Shown: positions 26,039 to 34,944 of the stretch, one piece after another | How positions within the stretch are numbered: the first letter of the stretch is position 1 | Layout of the letters: each line of letters starts with the position of its first letter | Origin: an uncultured Coriobacteriia bacterium | GTDB taxonomy: Bacteria; Actinomycetota; Coriobacteriia; Anaerosomatales; PALSA-660 | Assembly (NCBI GenBank): GCA_903831865.1 | Contig: CAIKZH010000014.1 | Location: forward strand, 1-59,071 | Direction of reading: 5' to 3' | Length of the DNA: 59,071 bases | The notes under the pieces: generated by a model | What the model saw: only the letters and a program-made list of their open reading frames with translations | The model's database searches: none | Told to the model about the DNA's origin: nothing | Translations under genes and position numbers: made by a program

Positions 26039-26956
26039 GTGTCCGCCGAGTCGCAGAAGGGCGACGGCTCGCCCTTCACGTTGGCCGTCGCCTCGGGCAA
26101 GGGCGGCACCGGCAAGACGCTCGTGGCAACCAACATGGCCGCCTTGTCGTCAGCGGCCGGTCTGAGGGTCGTGCTCGTCGACTGCGACGTGGAGGCGCCC
26201 AACGACCACCTGTTCCTGCGCCGGGCCGAGGAGTCGGCATCGGCCGTAGACGTGCTCGTCGCCGACGTTGACGCGTCGCAGTGCGTCGCGTGCGGTGCGT
26301 GCCGGGACGCGTGCGCGTTCGGCGCGATACGCATCCTCGGCGACTCGGCGGTGGTCTTCGACGACCTGTGCCACGGATGCGGGCTCTGCACCGACGTGTG
26401 CCCGTCCGGCGTGATCACCGAGGTGCCCCGACGGGTGGGCGAGGTCGTCACGGGACTCACGGCAGAAGCGGGCGCGCTCATGCTCGTGACGGGCAGGCTC
26501 GACGTCGGGCAGGTGAAGTCCCCTTCGGTGATCCGGGCCACTCGGGCCGCGGCTGCCGCCTGTGCTGCCGACCTCGTGGTACTCGACGCCCCACCGGGCG
26601 TCGCCTGTTCTGCGGTCGCCGCGGTGCGCGGTGCCGACGCGCTGCTGCTGGTCGCCGAGCCGACGGTCTTCGGGCTCCACGACCTGGAACTCAGTCTTCG
26701 ATTGGGCGGCGAGCTACGGCTGCCGATGGGCGTCGTCGTCAATCGGTCGCCGGCGACAGGTGGCGAGGCGGTCGACCAGCTGTGCGAGAGGCGGGGCGTC
26801 CCGGTGCTCGCGCACATCCCCTTCGACAGGCGCATCGCCGAGACCTACGCACGCGGGGAGCTGGTCGCGCACGCCTTGCCCGATGTCGGTGCGCTGATCG
26901 CATCGCTTCCTGGCGCCATGCGCCTGGCGGCTTCGCCGTCGGCGGCGCCGCGATGA
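26039..26956 (+). CDS. MinD/ParA-superfamily P-loop ATPase with inserted 2x[4Fe-4S] ferredoxin domain (COG1149-type), copy 1
   Basis: GTG 26039 lies 2 nt after the upstream stop. Walker A ASGKGGTGKT. CVACGACRDAC and CHGCGLCTDVCP are inserted after the P-loop. Confidence 0.85.
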   Translation: MSAESQKGDGSPFTLAVASGKGGTGKTLVATNMAALSSAAGLRVVLVDCDVEAPNDHLFLRRAEESASAVDVLVADVDASQCVACGACRDACAFGAIRILGDSAVVFDDLCHGCGLCTDVCPSGVITEVPRRVGEVVTGLTAEAGALMLVTGRLDVGQVKSPSVIRATRAAAAACAADLVVLDAPPGVACSAVAAVRGADALLLVAEPTVFGLHDLELSLRLGGELRLPMGVVVNRSPATGGEAVDQLCERRGVPVLAHIPFDRRIAETYARGELVAHALPDVGALIASLPGAMRLAASPSAAPR

Positions 26957-27885
26957 AGAGCATCGTCGTCGCGTCAGGCAAGGGTGGCACGGGCAAGACC
27001 ACCGTCTCCGCCCTGTTCGCACGTCTGGCTTCGGAGCGCACGAAGGTCGTTGTCGTCGATGCGGACGTGGAGGCGTCGAACCTGCCGCTGGCCCTGCGCG
27101 CGACCGACGCGACATGCGCAGCCTTTGCGGGGGGCGCACGCGCGGCGATCGACGCCGCGAGATGCACGGGGTGCCGGATGTGCATGCAGGTGTGCCGCTT
27201 CCAGGCGATCTCCCCCGGCACCGAGTGCGTGTGCGTCGTGGACCGGTTCGCGTGCGAGGGTTGCGGGAGCTGCGCCACATGGTGTCCGAACGGCGCAGTG
27301 CGGATGGCACCGTCCACCGCGGGTGAGGCGTGCCTCGGCAGCGGCGCGACCGGCCCGATCGCGTACGGTCGGCTCGAGCCCGGCGAGGACCTCTCCGGCC
27401 GCCTCGTCACCGAGGTCAGACGTCTTGGGGCGGAGGAGGCAGAGCGGCAAGGCGCCGACATGCTGCTGATAGACGGACCTCCGGGGATAGGGTGTCCGCT
27501 CATCGCGGCGGTCGCGAGCACCGACCTGGTCGTCGCGGTCGCCGAGCCTTCCGTCTCGGGCGCCCATGACCTGGGCCGGCTGGCCGGCGTGGCCACGCGG
27601 CTCGGACTCCCCATGCGCGTCATGCTCAACAAGGCCGACCTCTCCTCGGTCGGGGCATCGCAGGTGCGCGATCTGTGCGCGTCGAGGGGCCTCCCGCTGC
27701 TCGTGGAGGTGCCGTTCGACACGGCCATCGCTGATGTGAACAGCGCGGGCGCCGCGGAGGCGCCGGCCTTGGCCGCAGAAGCCGGCCCGGGCGTGCGGGC
27801 AGTGAGGTCGGCGTGGCAAGCGCTGGAGCGAGAACTGGGTCTTGAGGAATGGGCCGCTGGAGTCCAACAGCAGCCGATCGAGTAG
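26953..27885 (+). CDS. MinD/ParA-superfamily P-loop ATPase with inserted ferredoxin domain, copy 2
   Basis: ATG 26953 overlaps the upstream stop (ATGA). ASGKGGTGKT; CTGCRMCMQVC and CEGCGSCATWCP. Confidence 0.85.
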   Translation: MKSIVVASGKGGTGKTTVSALFARLASERTKVVVVDADVEASNLPLALRATDATCAAFAGGARAAIDAARCTGCRMCMQVCRFQAISPGTECVCVVDRFACEGCGSCATWCPNGAVRMAPSTAGEACLGSGATGPIAYGRLEPGEDLSGRLVTEVRRLGAEEAERQGADMLLIDGPPGIGCPLIAAVASTDLVVAVAEPSVSGAHDLGRLAGVATRLGLPMRVMLNKADLSSVGASQVRDLCASRGLPLLVEVPFDTAIADVNSAGAAEAPALAAEAGPGVRAVRSAWQALERELGLEEWAAGVQQQPIE

Positions 27886-27898
27886 GAAGAGGCACGCC

Positions 27899-28645
27899 AT
27901 GCACATCATCGCGGTCATGAGCGGGAAGGGCGGCGTGGGCAAGTCCTTCGTCGCCACGGGGCTTGCGGCGGCTTTGCAGCGCCGCACGGGCCGCACGGCC
28001 GTGCTCGACGCGGACATCACCGGGGCGTCGGTCCCGCACATGCTCGGCGTGCCCAAGAGCGGGCGCGTCGATGCGGAGGGCAGGCTTCTTCCCGGAATGA
28101 GCCCCGACGGCATACGGGTGTCGTCGATGAGCCTGATGCTGCCTGCTGACGAAGAGACACTCATCTGGCGCGGCCCGCTGATCTCCAAGGCGATAGACGA
28201 GTTGTTCACCCTGACCGATTGGGGCGACGCCGAGTACCTCGTGGTGGACATGCCCCCGGGAACCTCGGACGCCGCGCTCACTGTGTTGGACAAGCTCAAG
28301 CCGGAGGGTGTCGTGATCGTGACGACTCCGCAGGACATGGTCACGAAGATCGCCCACCGTTCTCATCACATGGTGCGGGAGATGGGCGGCAACGTGATCG
28401 GGCTCGTAATGAACATGGCGTTCGTCCGTTGTCCCAAGTGCGGCGAGCAGATCGACACCTTCGGGTCCGTTCGAAGCGATGCGGACGCAGAGCTTCCTGT
28501 CCTGGCGACACTCCCTCTCGTCATGGAGTGGGCGGCGCTCGCCGACAGCGGCCAGGCGGCGAAGATCGCCACCGACGAGTTCGACGCTCTTGCGGAAGCG
28601 GTGCTTGCCGGTCTCAAGGTCGCGGGGACGGCATCCGCGAGCTAG
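27899..28645 (+). CDS. Mrp/NBP35/ApbC-family Fe-S cluster carrier ATPase
   Basis: ATG 27899 lies after GGAAGAGG. Deviant Walker A SGKGGVGKS, DMPPGTSD switch, CPKCG (CxxC) motif. Confidence 0.85.
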   Translation: MHIIAVMSGKGGVGKSFVATGLAAALQRRTGRTAVLDADITGASVPHMLGVPKSGRVDAEGRLLPGMSPDGIRVSSMSLMLPADEETLIWRGPLISKAIDELFTLTDWGDAEYLVVDMPPGTSDAALTVLDKLKPEGVVIVTTPQDMVTKIAHRSHHMVREMGGNVIGLVMNMAFVRCPKCGEQIDTFGSVRSDADAELPVLATLPLVMEWAALADSGQAAKIATDEFDALAEAVLAGLKVAGTASAS

Positions 28646-28683
28646 CCTGGAGCGATCAGCCGGAAAGCACGAACGGAGCTCCC

Positions 28684-30123
28684 GTGACCACGGATACCAC
28701 ACGCTACCCAGCTGCGCTCGACGCCTTCCTCTCGGCATCGAGTGCCTACAGGGCCACGGCTGCGATCGACGCCCTACGCGCGCAGGACTACTCGCGTCTC
28801 GATCGTGCCGGACACGTCTACCTCGACTACACGGGCTCGGGTCTCTACGCCGAGTCGCAGCTTCGGCGGCATCAGGCGTTGCTCACTGACGGAGTCTTCG
28901 GGAATCCGCACTCGAAGAACCCGACGTCGCTCGCGAGCACGGCCATGGTCGAGGCTGCGCGCGCCGCGGTGCTCGAGTTCTTCCGGGCGTCCGCCGACGA
29001 GTACGAGGTGATCTTCACCGCCAACGCCAGCGCCGCGCTCAAGCTCGTGGGCGAGTCGTACACGTTCGCCGCGGGCTCAAGGTTCCTGCTGACCTACGAC
29101 AACCACAACTCGGTCAACGGGATCCGGGAGTTCGCACGAGCGAGGGGCGCGACCGTGACGTACCTGCCTGTGGGTGCGTCGGCACTGCGCGTGGACCCCG
29201 AGATGGTGCGCGCGGAACTCGCAAGTCCCCTGTCAGGCGCCTCCAACCTGTTCGCATACCCGGCTCAGTCGAACTTCTCGGGGGTGCAGCACCCGCTTGC
29301 GTGGATCGACGAAGCGCACGAGCGTGGATGGGATGTCATCCTCGACGCTGCAGCGTTCGCGCCCACGAACCGCCTCGATCTGTCCGTCGTGAAGCCCGAC
29401 TTCGTTCCCCTGTCCTTCTACAAGATGTTCGGGTACCCCACCGGGGTCGGGGCGCTCCTGGCACGGCGCAGTGCGCTGGCCAAGCTCGCGCGTCCCTGGT
29501 TCGCGGGCGGGACGATCACGATCGCATCCGTTCAGGGCGAGGGCTGGCATCGACTGGCACCGGGCGCCCCCGGCTTCGAGGACGGGACGGCTGACTTCCT
29601 CGGCCTGCCGGCCGTCACTATCGGGCTCGAGCACCTGAGCGCCGTGGGGATCGACGTCGTTCATGAGCGCGTCACCGCACTCGCGGGCTGGCTCCTCGAG
29701 CGGGCGCGCGACCTGACCCATGGGAACGGCGCGCCCATGGTCCGCGTCTTTGGCCCGCAGGACATGACTGCGCGCGGGGCGACCATCGCGTTCCACCTGC
29801 TTGATCCCGCAGGAGAGACGTTCGACGTTCATCGCATGGAGTTGCTCGCCGGCGAGCGGGGGATATCTCTTCGAACCGGGTGCTTCTGCAACCCCGGAGA
29901 CGGGGTGGTCGCCCATCGGATCACAGCCGACGACATGGCGGCGTGCTTCGTCGAGCAGCGCGCGGTCACCTTCGAGGAGTGCGACGCGCTGATCCGCACG
30001 GCCACCGGGAAGATGCCCAACACCATGCGTGTGTCGTTGGGGCTCGTCTCGGACTTCGCGGATGTCTTTCGGTTCGTCGAGTTCGTCGAGCGATACAGAG
30101 ACGTCAGCGCTCGCGAGATCTGA
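28684..30123 (+). CDS. Class V PLP-dependent enzyme of the molybdenum-cofactor-sulfurase (MOCOS N-terminal, NifS-like) type
   Basis: YLDYTGSGLYAESQL...GNPHS...IFTANASAALKLVGE, PLP-Lys context SFYKMFGYPTGVGALL, active-site Cys context RTGCFCNPG. No MOSC domain follows. Confidence 0.8.
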   Translation: MTTDTTRYPAALDAFLSASSAYRATAAIDALRAQDYSRLDRAGHVYLDYTGSGLYAESQLRRHQALLTDGVFGNPHSKNPTSLASTAMVEAARAAVLEFFRASADEYEVIFTANASAALKLVGESYTFAAGSRFLLTYDNHNSVNGIREFARARGATVTYLPVGASALRVDPEMVRAELASPLSGASNLFAYPAQSNFSGVQHPLAWIDEAHERGWDVILDAAAFAPTNRLDLSVVKPDFVPLSFYKMFGYPTGVGALLARRSALAKLARPWFAGGTITIASVQGEGWHRLAPGAPGFEDGTADFLGLPAVTIGLEHLSAVGIDVVHERVTALAGWLLERARDLTHGNGAPMVRVFGPQDMTARGATIAFHLLDPAGETFDVHRMELLAGERGISLRTGCFCNPGDGVVAHRITADDMAACFVEQRAVTFEECDALIRTATGKMPNTMRVSLGLVSDFADVFRFVEFVERYRDVSAREI

Positions 30124-30549
30124 CGCGTCCGCACGCTGGCCGCGGGCCGCGTCCTTCCGAGCCGGTTCATGCGAGCAGAAGGACGGGCGGGACGGCTCAC
30201 GGCCGACATCGTCGTGGAAGAGGGCAAGCGCCTGCGCCATCAGCCGCACGGGGAGGGAACGTGCAGATCGACTGGAACCAGGCATGGAAGGACGCACGGC
30301 AGGGCAGGGGTCCGGGTCACGAGAGGGACAAGGCCTGCTGAGACAAGCGGGCGCCATCGTTTGCGAAGCACTTGGCAGCGATGCGTGGAGGACGGCGTCA
30401 CGAACGTCACTCCCGTGCAGCTCGGCTGGGCGCTCTCATCGCGGCATGTCGCGCGATGGGCCGTCATGTCGCGGAGCGTCCCGAGTGGCCACGTCGTGAC
30501 CTGGGAGCCGGCGCTTCCCGGGGCTGCGGAGGCAGTCACCGGACCCGCG

Positions 30550-30915
30550 TCAGTACCGCAGGAAGTTCTCGCACTCCAGCATCGACTGGACGACCTGGCC
30601 GGCGCCGCCGATGAAGCACCCATCCAGCAGCTGGTCTTCGGCGATGCCGCGAGTCGTCATGCAGGGCGAGCACACCATGATGCGATGACCGGCCGCCAGC
30701 ACTGCCGCCATCAGGTCTGCGACCGGGGCCAGCCCGTCGGCGGCAGCCGCCTCGGCCCCGCCGGGCAGGGCGAGTCGTACGCCCTCGCCTTGAAGGATCA
30801 GCACCGGCTCCACGTCCATCGCCATGGCTCCGTTGGCCAGCATGAAGGGGATGGTCGCCAGTTCGGGATCGTCCTGCGCATGTGTGACCACGAAGCCCAC
30901 CTTCTTGCGAGTCAC
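30550..30915 (-). CDS. DsrE/DsrF-family (COG2044-like) small sulfur-relay/redox protein
   Basis: GTG 30915 lies 6 nt after AAAGGAG. KVGFVVTHAQDDPELATIPFMLANGAMAMD...IMVCSPCM fits the DsrE-like fold pattern. Confidence 0.7.
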   Translation of the reverse strand: MTRKKVGFVVTHAQDDPELATIPFMLANGAMAMDVEPVLILQGEGVRLALPGGAEAAAADGLAPVADLMAAVLAAGHRIMVCSPCMTTRGIAEDQLLDGCFIGGAGQVVQSMLECENFLRY

Positions 30916-31092
30916 GAGGGGCTCCTTTCTGCGCTGTCGGCGCGGGTCAAGCACGGCTCGAAAGGAAAGCCCCCGGGGCGGTGCACCGTTCCGGGGGCAG
31001 GGCACGCGGAAGAGGGGGGTGCTCCGCATGCACCCAGTCAGTACCCAACTCTCGCGCGTCTTCTCGTCGGAATCACGAGTGTCACTCGGCCT

Positions 31093-31605
31093 TCACGACC
31101 CCGCGACCGGGCTGGGGCCTTCCTGCGCCCTGAGGAGTCCCAGGACGGCGTCCAGCTTCCCGGAGTCGCCATCGGTCAGCAGCGTCAGTATCCTGTCGAG
31201 CTTCTCGTCCTCGATCCTCGAGAGCTGACGCTGCACGTTCTCGATGTCCGTCTTCGAGTCGACATTGGTCTTGAAGTCCGCATTCGCCTGGAAGCGGTCG
31301 CGCTCGGCGGACCGGTTCTGACTCATCATGATGATCGGCGCCGCGTAGGCGGCCTGCGTGGAGAAGAGCAGGTTGAGCAGGATGAACGGATACGGGTCCC
31401 ACCGGTGCGAGACCACCTCGACGACGTTCAGGATCATCCAGGCCACCACGAAGAGCGACTGCACGATGATGAACGTCCAGGAGCCCATGCCGGTGGCGAC
31501 CGCGTCGGCCACCCGCTGCCCGATGGTCATGTGGTCCCGGTGCGCGGCGCTCCAGTCCTTGTCGTGATGCCACGTTTCCACCTGGACTGACTTCTTCTTT
31601 GGCAT
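31093..31605 (-). CDS. DUF1003-family membrane protein
   Basis: ATG 31605 lies after GGAGGAG. GSWTFIIVQSLFVVAWMILN...WDPYPFILLNLLFSTQAAYAAPIIMMSQNR is the typical DUF1003 core. Confidence 0.75.
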   Translation of the reverse strand: MPKKKSVQVETWHHDKDWSAAHRDHMTIGQRVADAVATGMGSWTFIIVQSLFVVAWMILNVVEVVSHRWDPYPFILLNLLFSTQAAYAAPIIMMSQNRSAERDRFQANADFKTNVDSKTDIENVQRQLSRIEDEKLDRILTLLTDGDSGKLDAVLGLLRAQEGPSPVAGS

Positions 31606-31739
31606 GCGGCGAACTCCTCCCGGCTCGGCTTCGGACCAGTGTACGTCGGCGATCCGACCCTCGCGCGACGGGGCCCCGGAGCGCGGCAAGGGCGCCTCCA
31701 TCCGCGTGGGTGGGGGCGCCCTTCGCTACCGACATGAAT

Positions 31740-32027
31740 CTAGGAGACGCGATAGGTCTCGCAGTCTGCGTGTTCCGCGTGACCGCCGATCGTGATGCCC
31801 GGTGCCGTGCAGTGGAGCTGCGCGTTCAGGCTGCAGTCGCTCACGTTGCAGCGACCGACGTGCGACTCGTCGTGGCCGGCCGCTCGGCGCCCCGACGTCG
31901 TGAACGTGTCGCACTGAGGGTGCGGCCCGCCGACCTGTATGCCGGGCGCGGCGCACACCTCCTGGGCGTTGTAGCAGCACTCCTCGACCTTGCAGGTGAC
32001 CACTGCGGCATCCTGCGAACTCTCCAT
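31740..32027 (-). CDS. DUF1540-domain protein (two Cys-rich repeats)
   Basis: Two copies of the C.V..C.YN....C.A..I.VGG pattern (VTCKVEECCYNAQEVCAAPGIQVGG and GRCNVSDCSLNAQLHCTAPGITIGG). The upstream part of track ORF 31740..32585 is Arg-rich noise. Confidence 0.7.
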   Translation of the reverse strand: MESSQDAAVVTCKVEECCYNAQEVCAAPGIQVGGPHPQCDTFTTSGRRAAGHDESHVGRCNVSDCSLNAQLHCTAPGITIGGHAEHADCETYRVS

Positions 32028-32086
32028 GCTTGCCCACCTCCCTTCGTCATACGCCTCGCGTCGGTTGTTTCCCGCCAGCGAGCTCA

Positions 32087-33103
32087 TCAAGACGGTGTGA
32101 CGGCGCCGCCCCACGTGCCGACGACGACGCCGTCCTCGATCACCGCTCGAAGAAGCACTCCGCCGTTCGGGGTGACGGCGCCTTCCGCGCCCGGGCCAAG
32201 AGCAAACCTTCTGTCCGCGTAGCCCATCAGGTAGTTGTCCCAGCTCGGCAGGTCGATCCTCTCGCCCGAAGGCCGGCTCGGCGCGCACGTCAGCGCCCTG
32301 GAGCCGCGAAGCGCCCGCAGGTCGTCCGCACGGCCGTCCACCCTCACGGCCTCGGTCTGATCTTCGATCGCTGCGAACGCCGCCCGCGCCTCTCGGGCGG
32401 GAAGGCCGGACCAGAAGGCGAAGTCCGCCGGGCCCGCCGGTCCGAACGCCGCGAGGTAGCGGCGCCCCAGCCGGGTGGCGGATGCCTGCCGCTGTCGCTC
32501 CTCGGCCGCCATGTCGACTCCGATGCCGAGCCATTCCCGGAGCGGCGCGTAGGTGCGCCTCGCGCCTCGTCGCGGACCCAGACACAGCGCGCCCCGGGCC
32601 GCGGCCAGACCGATGAAGTGGATGGGTTGCTGACCCGCGGTGTCAGGAAGCACTCCCAGCCGGACGAGGGCCTCGGCGATCTCCGCCTTCCTCAACGGGC
32701 CCGCGGTGAGTGCGCCGGCGATCGCGGCCGTTCCGCGTTCGATGTCGGCATCCGACACATCCAGCTGGCGCAATCGCCACACGATGCGCTTCTCGTTCAG
32801 CGGTCCCAGCAGGCCTATCAGCCAAGGGAGGTCCTCGGCGGCCACAAGGTGGAGCGTGCCCCGCATGAGCCAGGTGATCGCGATCTCTCGACCCTCGACC
32901 AGGTCTCGCTCCACCTGCTCGGCCAGAAGTCCCGGGCGGCGGACACACACGCCGGCGAGCGCGGAACCGTGGTCCTGGGCCTGCACGCCGCACACGTCGG
33001 TCACCACCTGTGATGCGCTGGCTCCGTCGTCGGCGCACGCCGCCACCAAACGCTGAGACGCGAGGCGCGCGAGCCTCAGCTCGACTTCAGTCATCATGGT
33101 CAC
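32087..33103 (-). CDS. Winged-helix AlkZ/YcaQ-like (DUF1006) DNA glycosylase family protein
   Basis: About 338 aa. GVQAQD near the N-terminus matches the Q-phi-Q type motif reported for this family (from memory). Overall pattern WLMRGTLHLV...L..W. Confidence 0.6.
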   Translation of the reverse strand: MTMMTEVELRLARLASQRLVAACADDGASASQVVTDVCGVQAQDHGSALAGVCVRRPGLLAEQVERDLVEGREIAITWLMRGTLHLVAAEDLPWLIGLLGPLNEKRIVWRLRQLDVSDADIERGTAAIAGALTAGPLRKAEIAEALVRLGVLPDTAGQQPIHFIGLAAARGALCLGPRRGARRTYAPLREWLGIGVDMAAEERQRQASATRLGRRYLAAFGPAGPADFAFWSGLPAREARAAFAAIEDQTEAVRVDGRADDLRALRGSRALTCAPSRPSGERIDLPSWDNYLMGYADRRFALGPGAEGAVTPNGGVLLRAVIEDGVVVGTWGGAVTPS

Positions 33104-33189
33104 GAGGACTGGCTCCTCCGATCAAGGCCAATGGCTCGACAGGGAACGTTCCCCATGAAGGTCGTATCGCGCTTGCGAGAGGAGAGACG

Positions 33190-33762
33190 ATGAAGAGGTC
33201 CCTGGGTGCGAAGACGGTACTGTATCCGGCTCCCGTGCTGGTCGTCGGGACGTATGACAGCGAGGGTCGGGCGAACATCATGACCGCTGCCTGGGGAGGG
33301 ATCGCCTGCTCGAAGCCGCCATGTGTCTCGATCTCACTCCGGGCCGCCACCGCGTCCCACGGCAACATCATGGAACGCAAGGCATTCACCATCAGCCTGC
33401 CCGGCGAGGACAACGCGGCACAGGCGGACTACGCCGGCATCGTCTCAGGCCGCGACCATGACAAGTTCGAGGTCCTCGGCCTCTCTGCCGCCAGGAGCGA
33501 CCTCGTCGACGCCCCGTACGTCGCCGAGTTCCCGCTCGTGCTGGAGTGCAGCGTGGTGGGCGTCCACGAGCTCGGCCTTCACACGCAGTTCATCGGGGAG
33601 ATCGCGGACGTGAAAGCGGACGAGAGCGTGCTGGACGCCGAAGGGCACATCGACCTGGCACTCCTGCGGCCGATCCTGTTCGCGACGGACCCGGGTGCGT
33701 ACTACGGGGTCGGGTCCCTCGTGGGCAAGGCGTTCTCGATGGGCAAGGGCGCCGCGGGGTGA
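33190..33762 (+). CDS. Flavin reductase-like FMN-binding split-barrel protein
   Basis: ATG 33190 lies after GAGAGGAGAG. PAPVLVVGTYDSEGRANIMTAAWGG is typical of the flavin reductase family. Confidence 0.75.
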   Translation: MKRSLGAKTVLYPAPVLVVGTYDSEGRANIMTAAWGGIACSKPPCVSISLRAATASHGNIMERKAFTISLPGEDNAAQADYAGIVSGRDHDKFEVLGLSAARSDLVDAPYVAEFPLVLECSVVGVHELGLHTQFIGEIADVKADESVLDAEGHIDLALLRPILFATDPGAYYGVGSLVGKAFSMGKGAAG

Positions 33763-33838
33763 CCGAAGGGTATGCCTTCGCGACTGGGAATGAACACGTG
33801 GCACGAAGTCCCCGCGCGACACGGATCTGGAGGCGCTC

Positions 33839-34258
33839 ATGACCACCGCAGGAGCCAAGGGCTCAGGCACGAAAGAGGACCCCTGGGAGCTCAAGACTCC
33901 GAGCGGTTCGTCTGACTATCAGATGTACCGCGACGAGGTCGCCGATCCGGCTGTCATCGTCTGCACTGTGGGCAAGACCGTGCTCACCTACCGGCTGCGG
34001 GCCATCGAGGACCTGCACGCGATGCTGAAGGAGCGCGGCGACTGGGTGCCGCTCGGCAGCGCGGACGAGCAGAAGCCGGCCGCGGATGGCACGGTCGAGG
34101 CGTGGGGGCGCTCGCCGGACAATCCCGTCGGCGGCTGGTACGGGCTGAAGAAGGGGCTGCGCGGTCGCTTCGGCATGTACATGCCGCCGCTTCTCGAAGC
34201 CCTCGGTCTCGCCGAGGTCGAGCACAACGCCCGGAACAACCGGATGCGGGCCCTGTAG
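33839..34258 (+). CDS. Conserved hypothetical protein
   Basis: 139-aa ORF with coding-like G/C-rich third codon positions. No motif that I can name with confidence. Confidence 0.5.
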   Translation: MTTAGAKGSGTKEDPWELKTPSGSSDYQMYRDEVADPAVIVCTVGKTVLTYRLRAIEDLHAMLKERGDWVPLGSADEQKPAADGTVEAWGRSPDNPVGGWYGLKKGLRGRFGMYMPPLLEALGLAEVEHNARNNRMRAL

Positions 34259-34281
34259 CCCGCGACCCTAGGAGAGACAAG

Positions 34282-34437
34282 ATGAAGCTGCCGAAGAACC
34301 TGGGCATGGTGCTGCTGGCGATCTGGCTCATCCTGGAAGGACTGTTGAAGGTGGTGACCGTACCGATCCCGGCGATCGGCATCATCTCGGCGGTTCTCGC
34401 CATCGCCGCCGGCGTCCTCATCCTGATGGGGCGGTAG
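34282..34437 (+). CDS. Small two-TM membrane protein
   Basis: ATG 34282 lies after TAGGAGAG. The 51-aa product is MKLPKNLGMVLLAIWLILEGLLKV...AVLAIAAGVLILMGR. Confidence 0.5.
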   Translation: MKLPKNLGMVLLAIWLILEGLLKVVTVPIPAIGIISAVLAIAAGVLILMGR

Positions 34438-34457
34438 ACGACCGGCTCCCTGTTCGC

Positions 34458-34775
34458 TCAGCTTGCGTGTCGGCTGCGGTACGCGCGGCCGCTTCCGCCG
34501 TGCGTGCTGAGATCGATGAGCAGGGCGACGACGAGGACGATCCACTTCAGGGTCGTGAGCCCGCCCGGAGCCACGAAGACGTAGGCGACCGTGGTCCATG
34601 GAAGGAAGACGAAGCCGGCGAGCGGCCAGACCCACATCGGGGCCGTCACGCCGCCCACGGTCGCGGTCCATCGGGCGAAGGCGCCCAGTACGCGCGACGG
34701 ATCAGCCAGCCACCACACGAACAGCGCGAGCCGTGGCGCGCCCCCAAGCAGGATCACCCCAAGACAGCAGCCCAT
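34458..34775 (-). CDS. Membrane protein, hypothetical
   Basis: 105-aa ORF with 3 hydrophobic segments. Confidence 0.45.
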   Translation of the reverse strand: MGCCLGVILLGGAPRLALFVWWLADPSRVLGAFARWTATVGGVTAPMWVWPLAGFVFLPWTTVAYVFVAPGGLTTLKWIVLVVALLIDLSTHGGSGRAYRSRHAS

Positions 34776-34944
34776 CCCCGACCCCTCCCGTGCGTCTCAC
34801 TTCGCGATGCAGACGATGTTCGCGTTCCAAAGTACGCCAGGCGCCCGGTCCCGCGCGAGTGCGGCGTGTCGTGGCTGTCGAGTATGGTGGGTGTCGCGCC
34901 CCCGACGCCGGGGGCGGTCGCGACGACATCGGATCGAGGGACGA

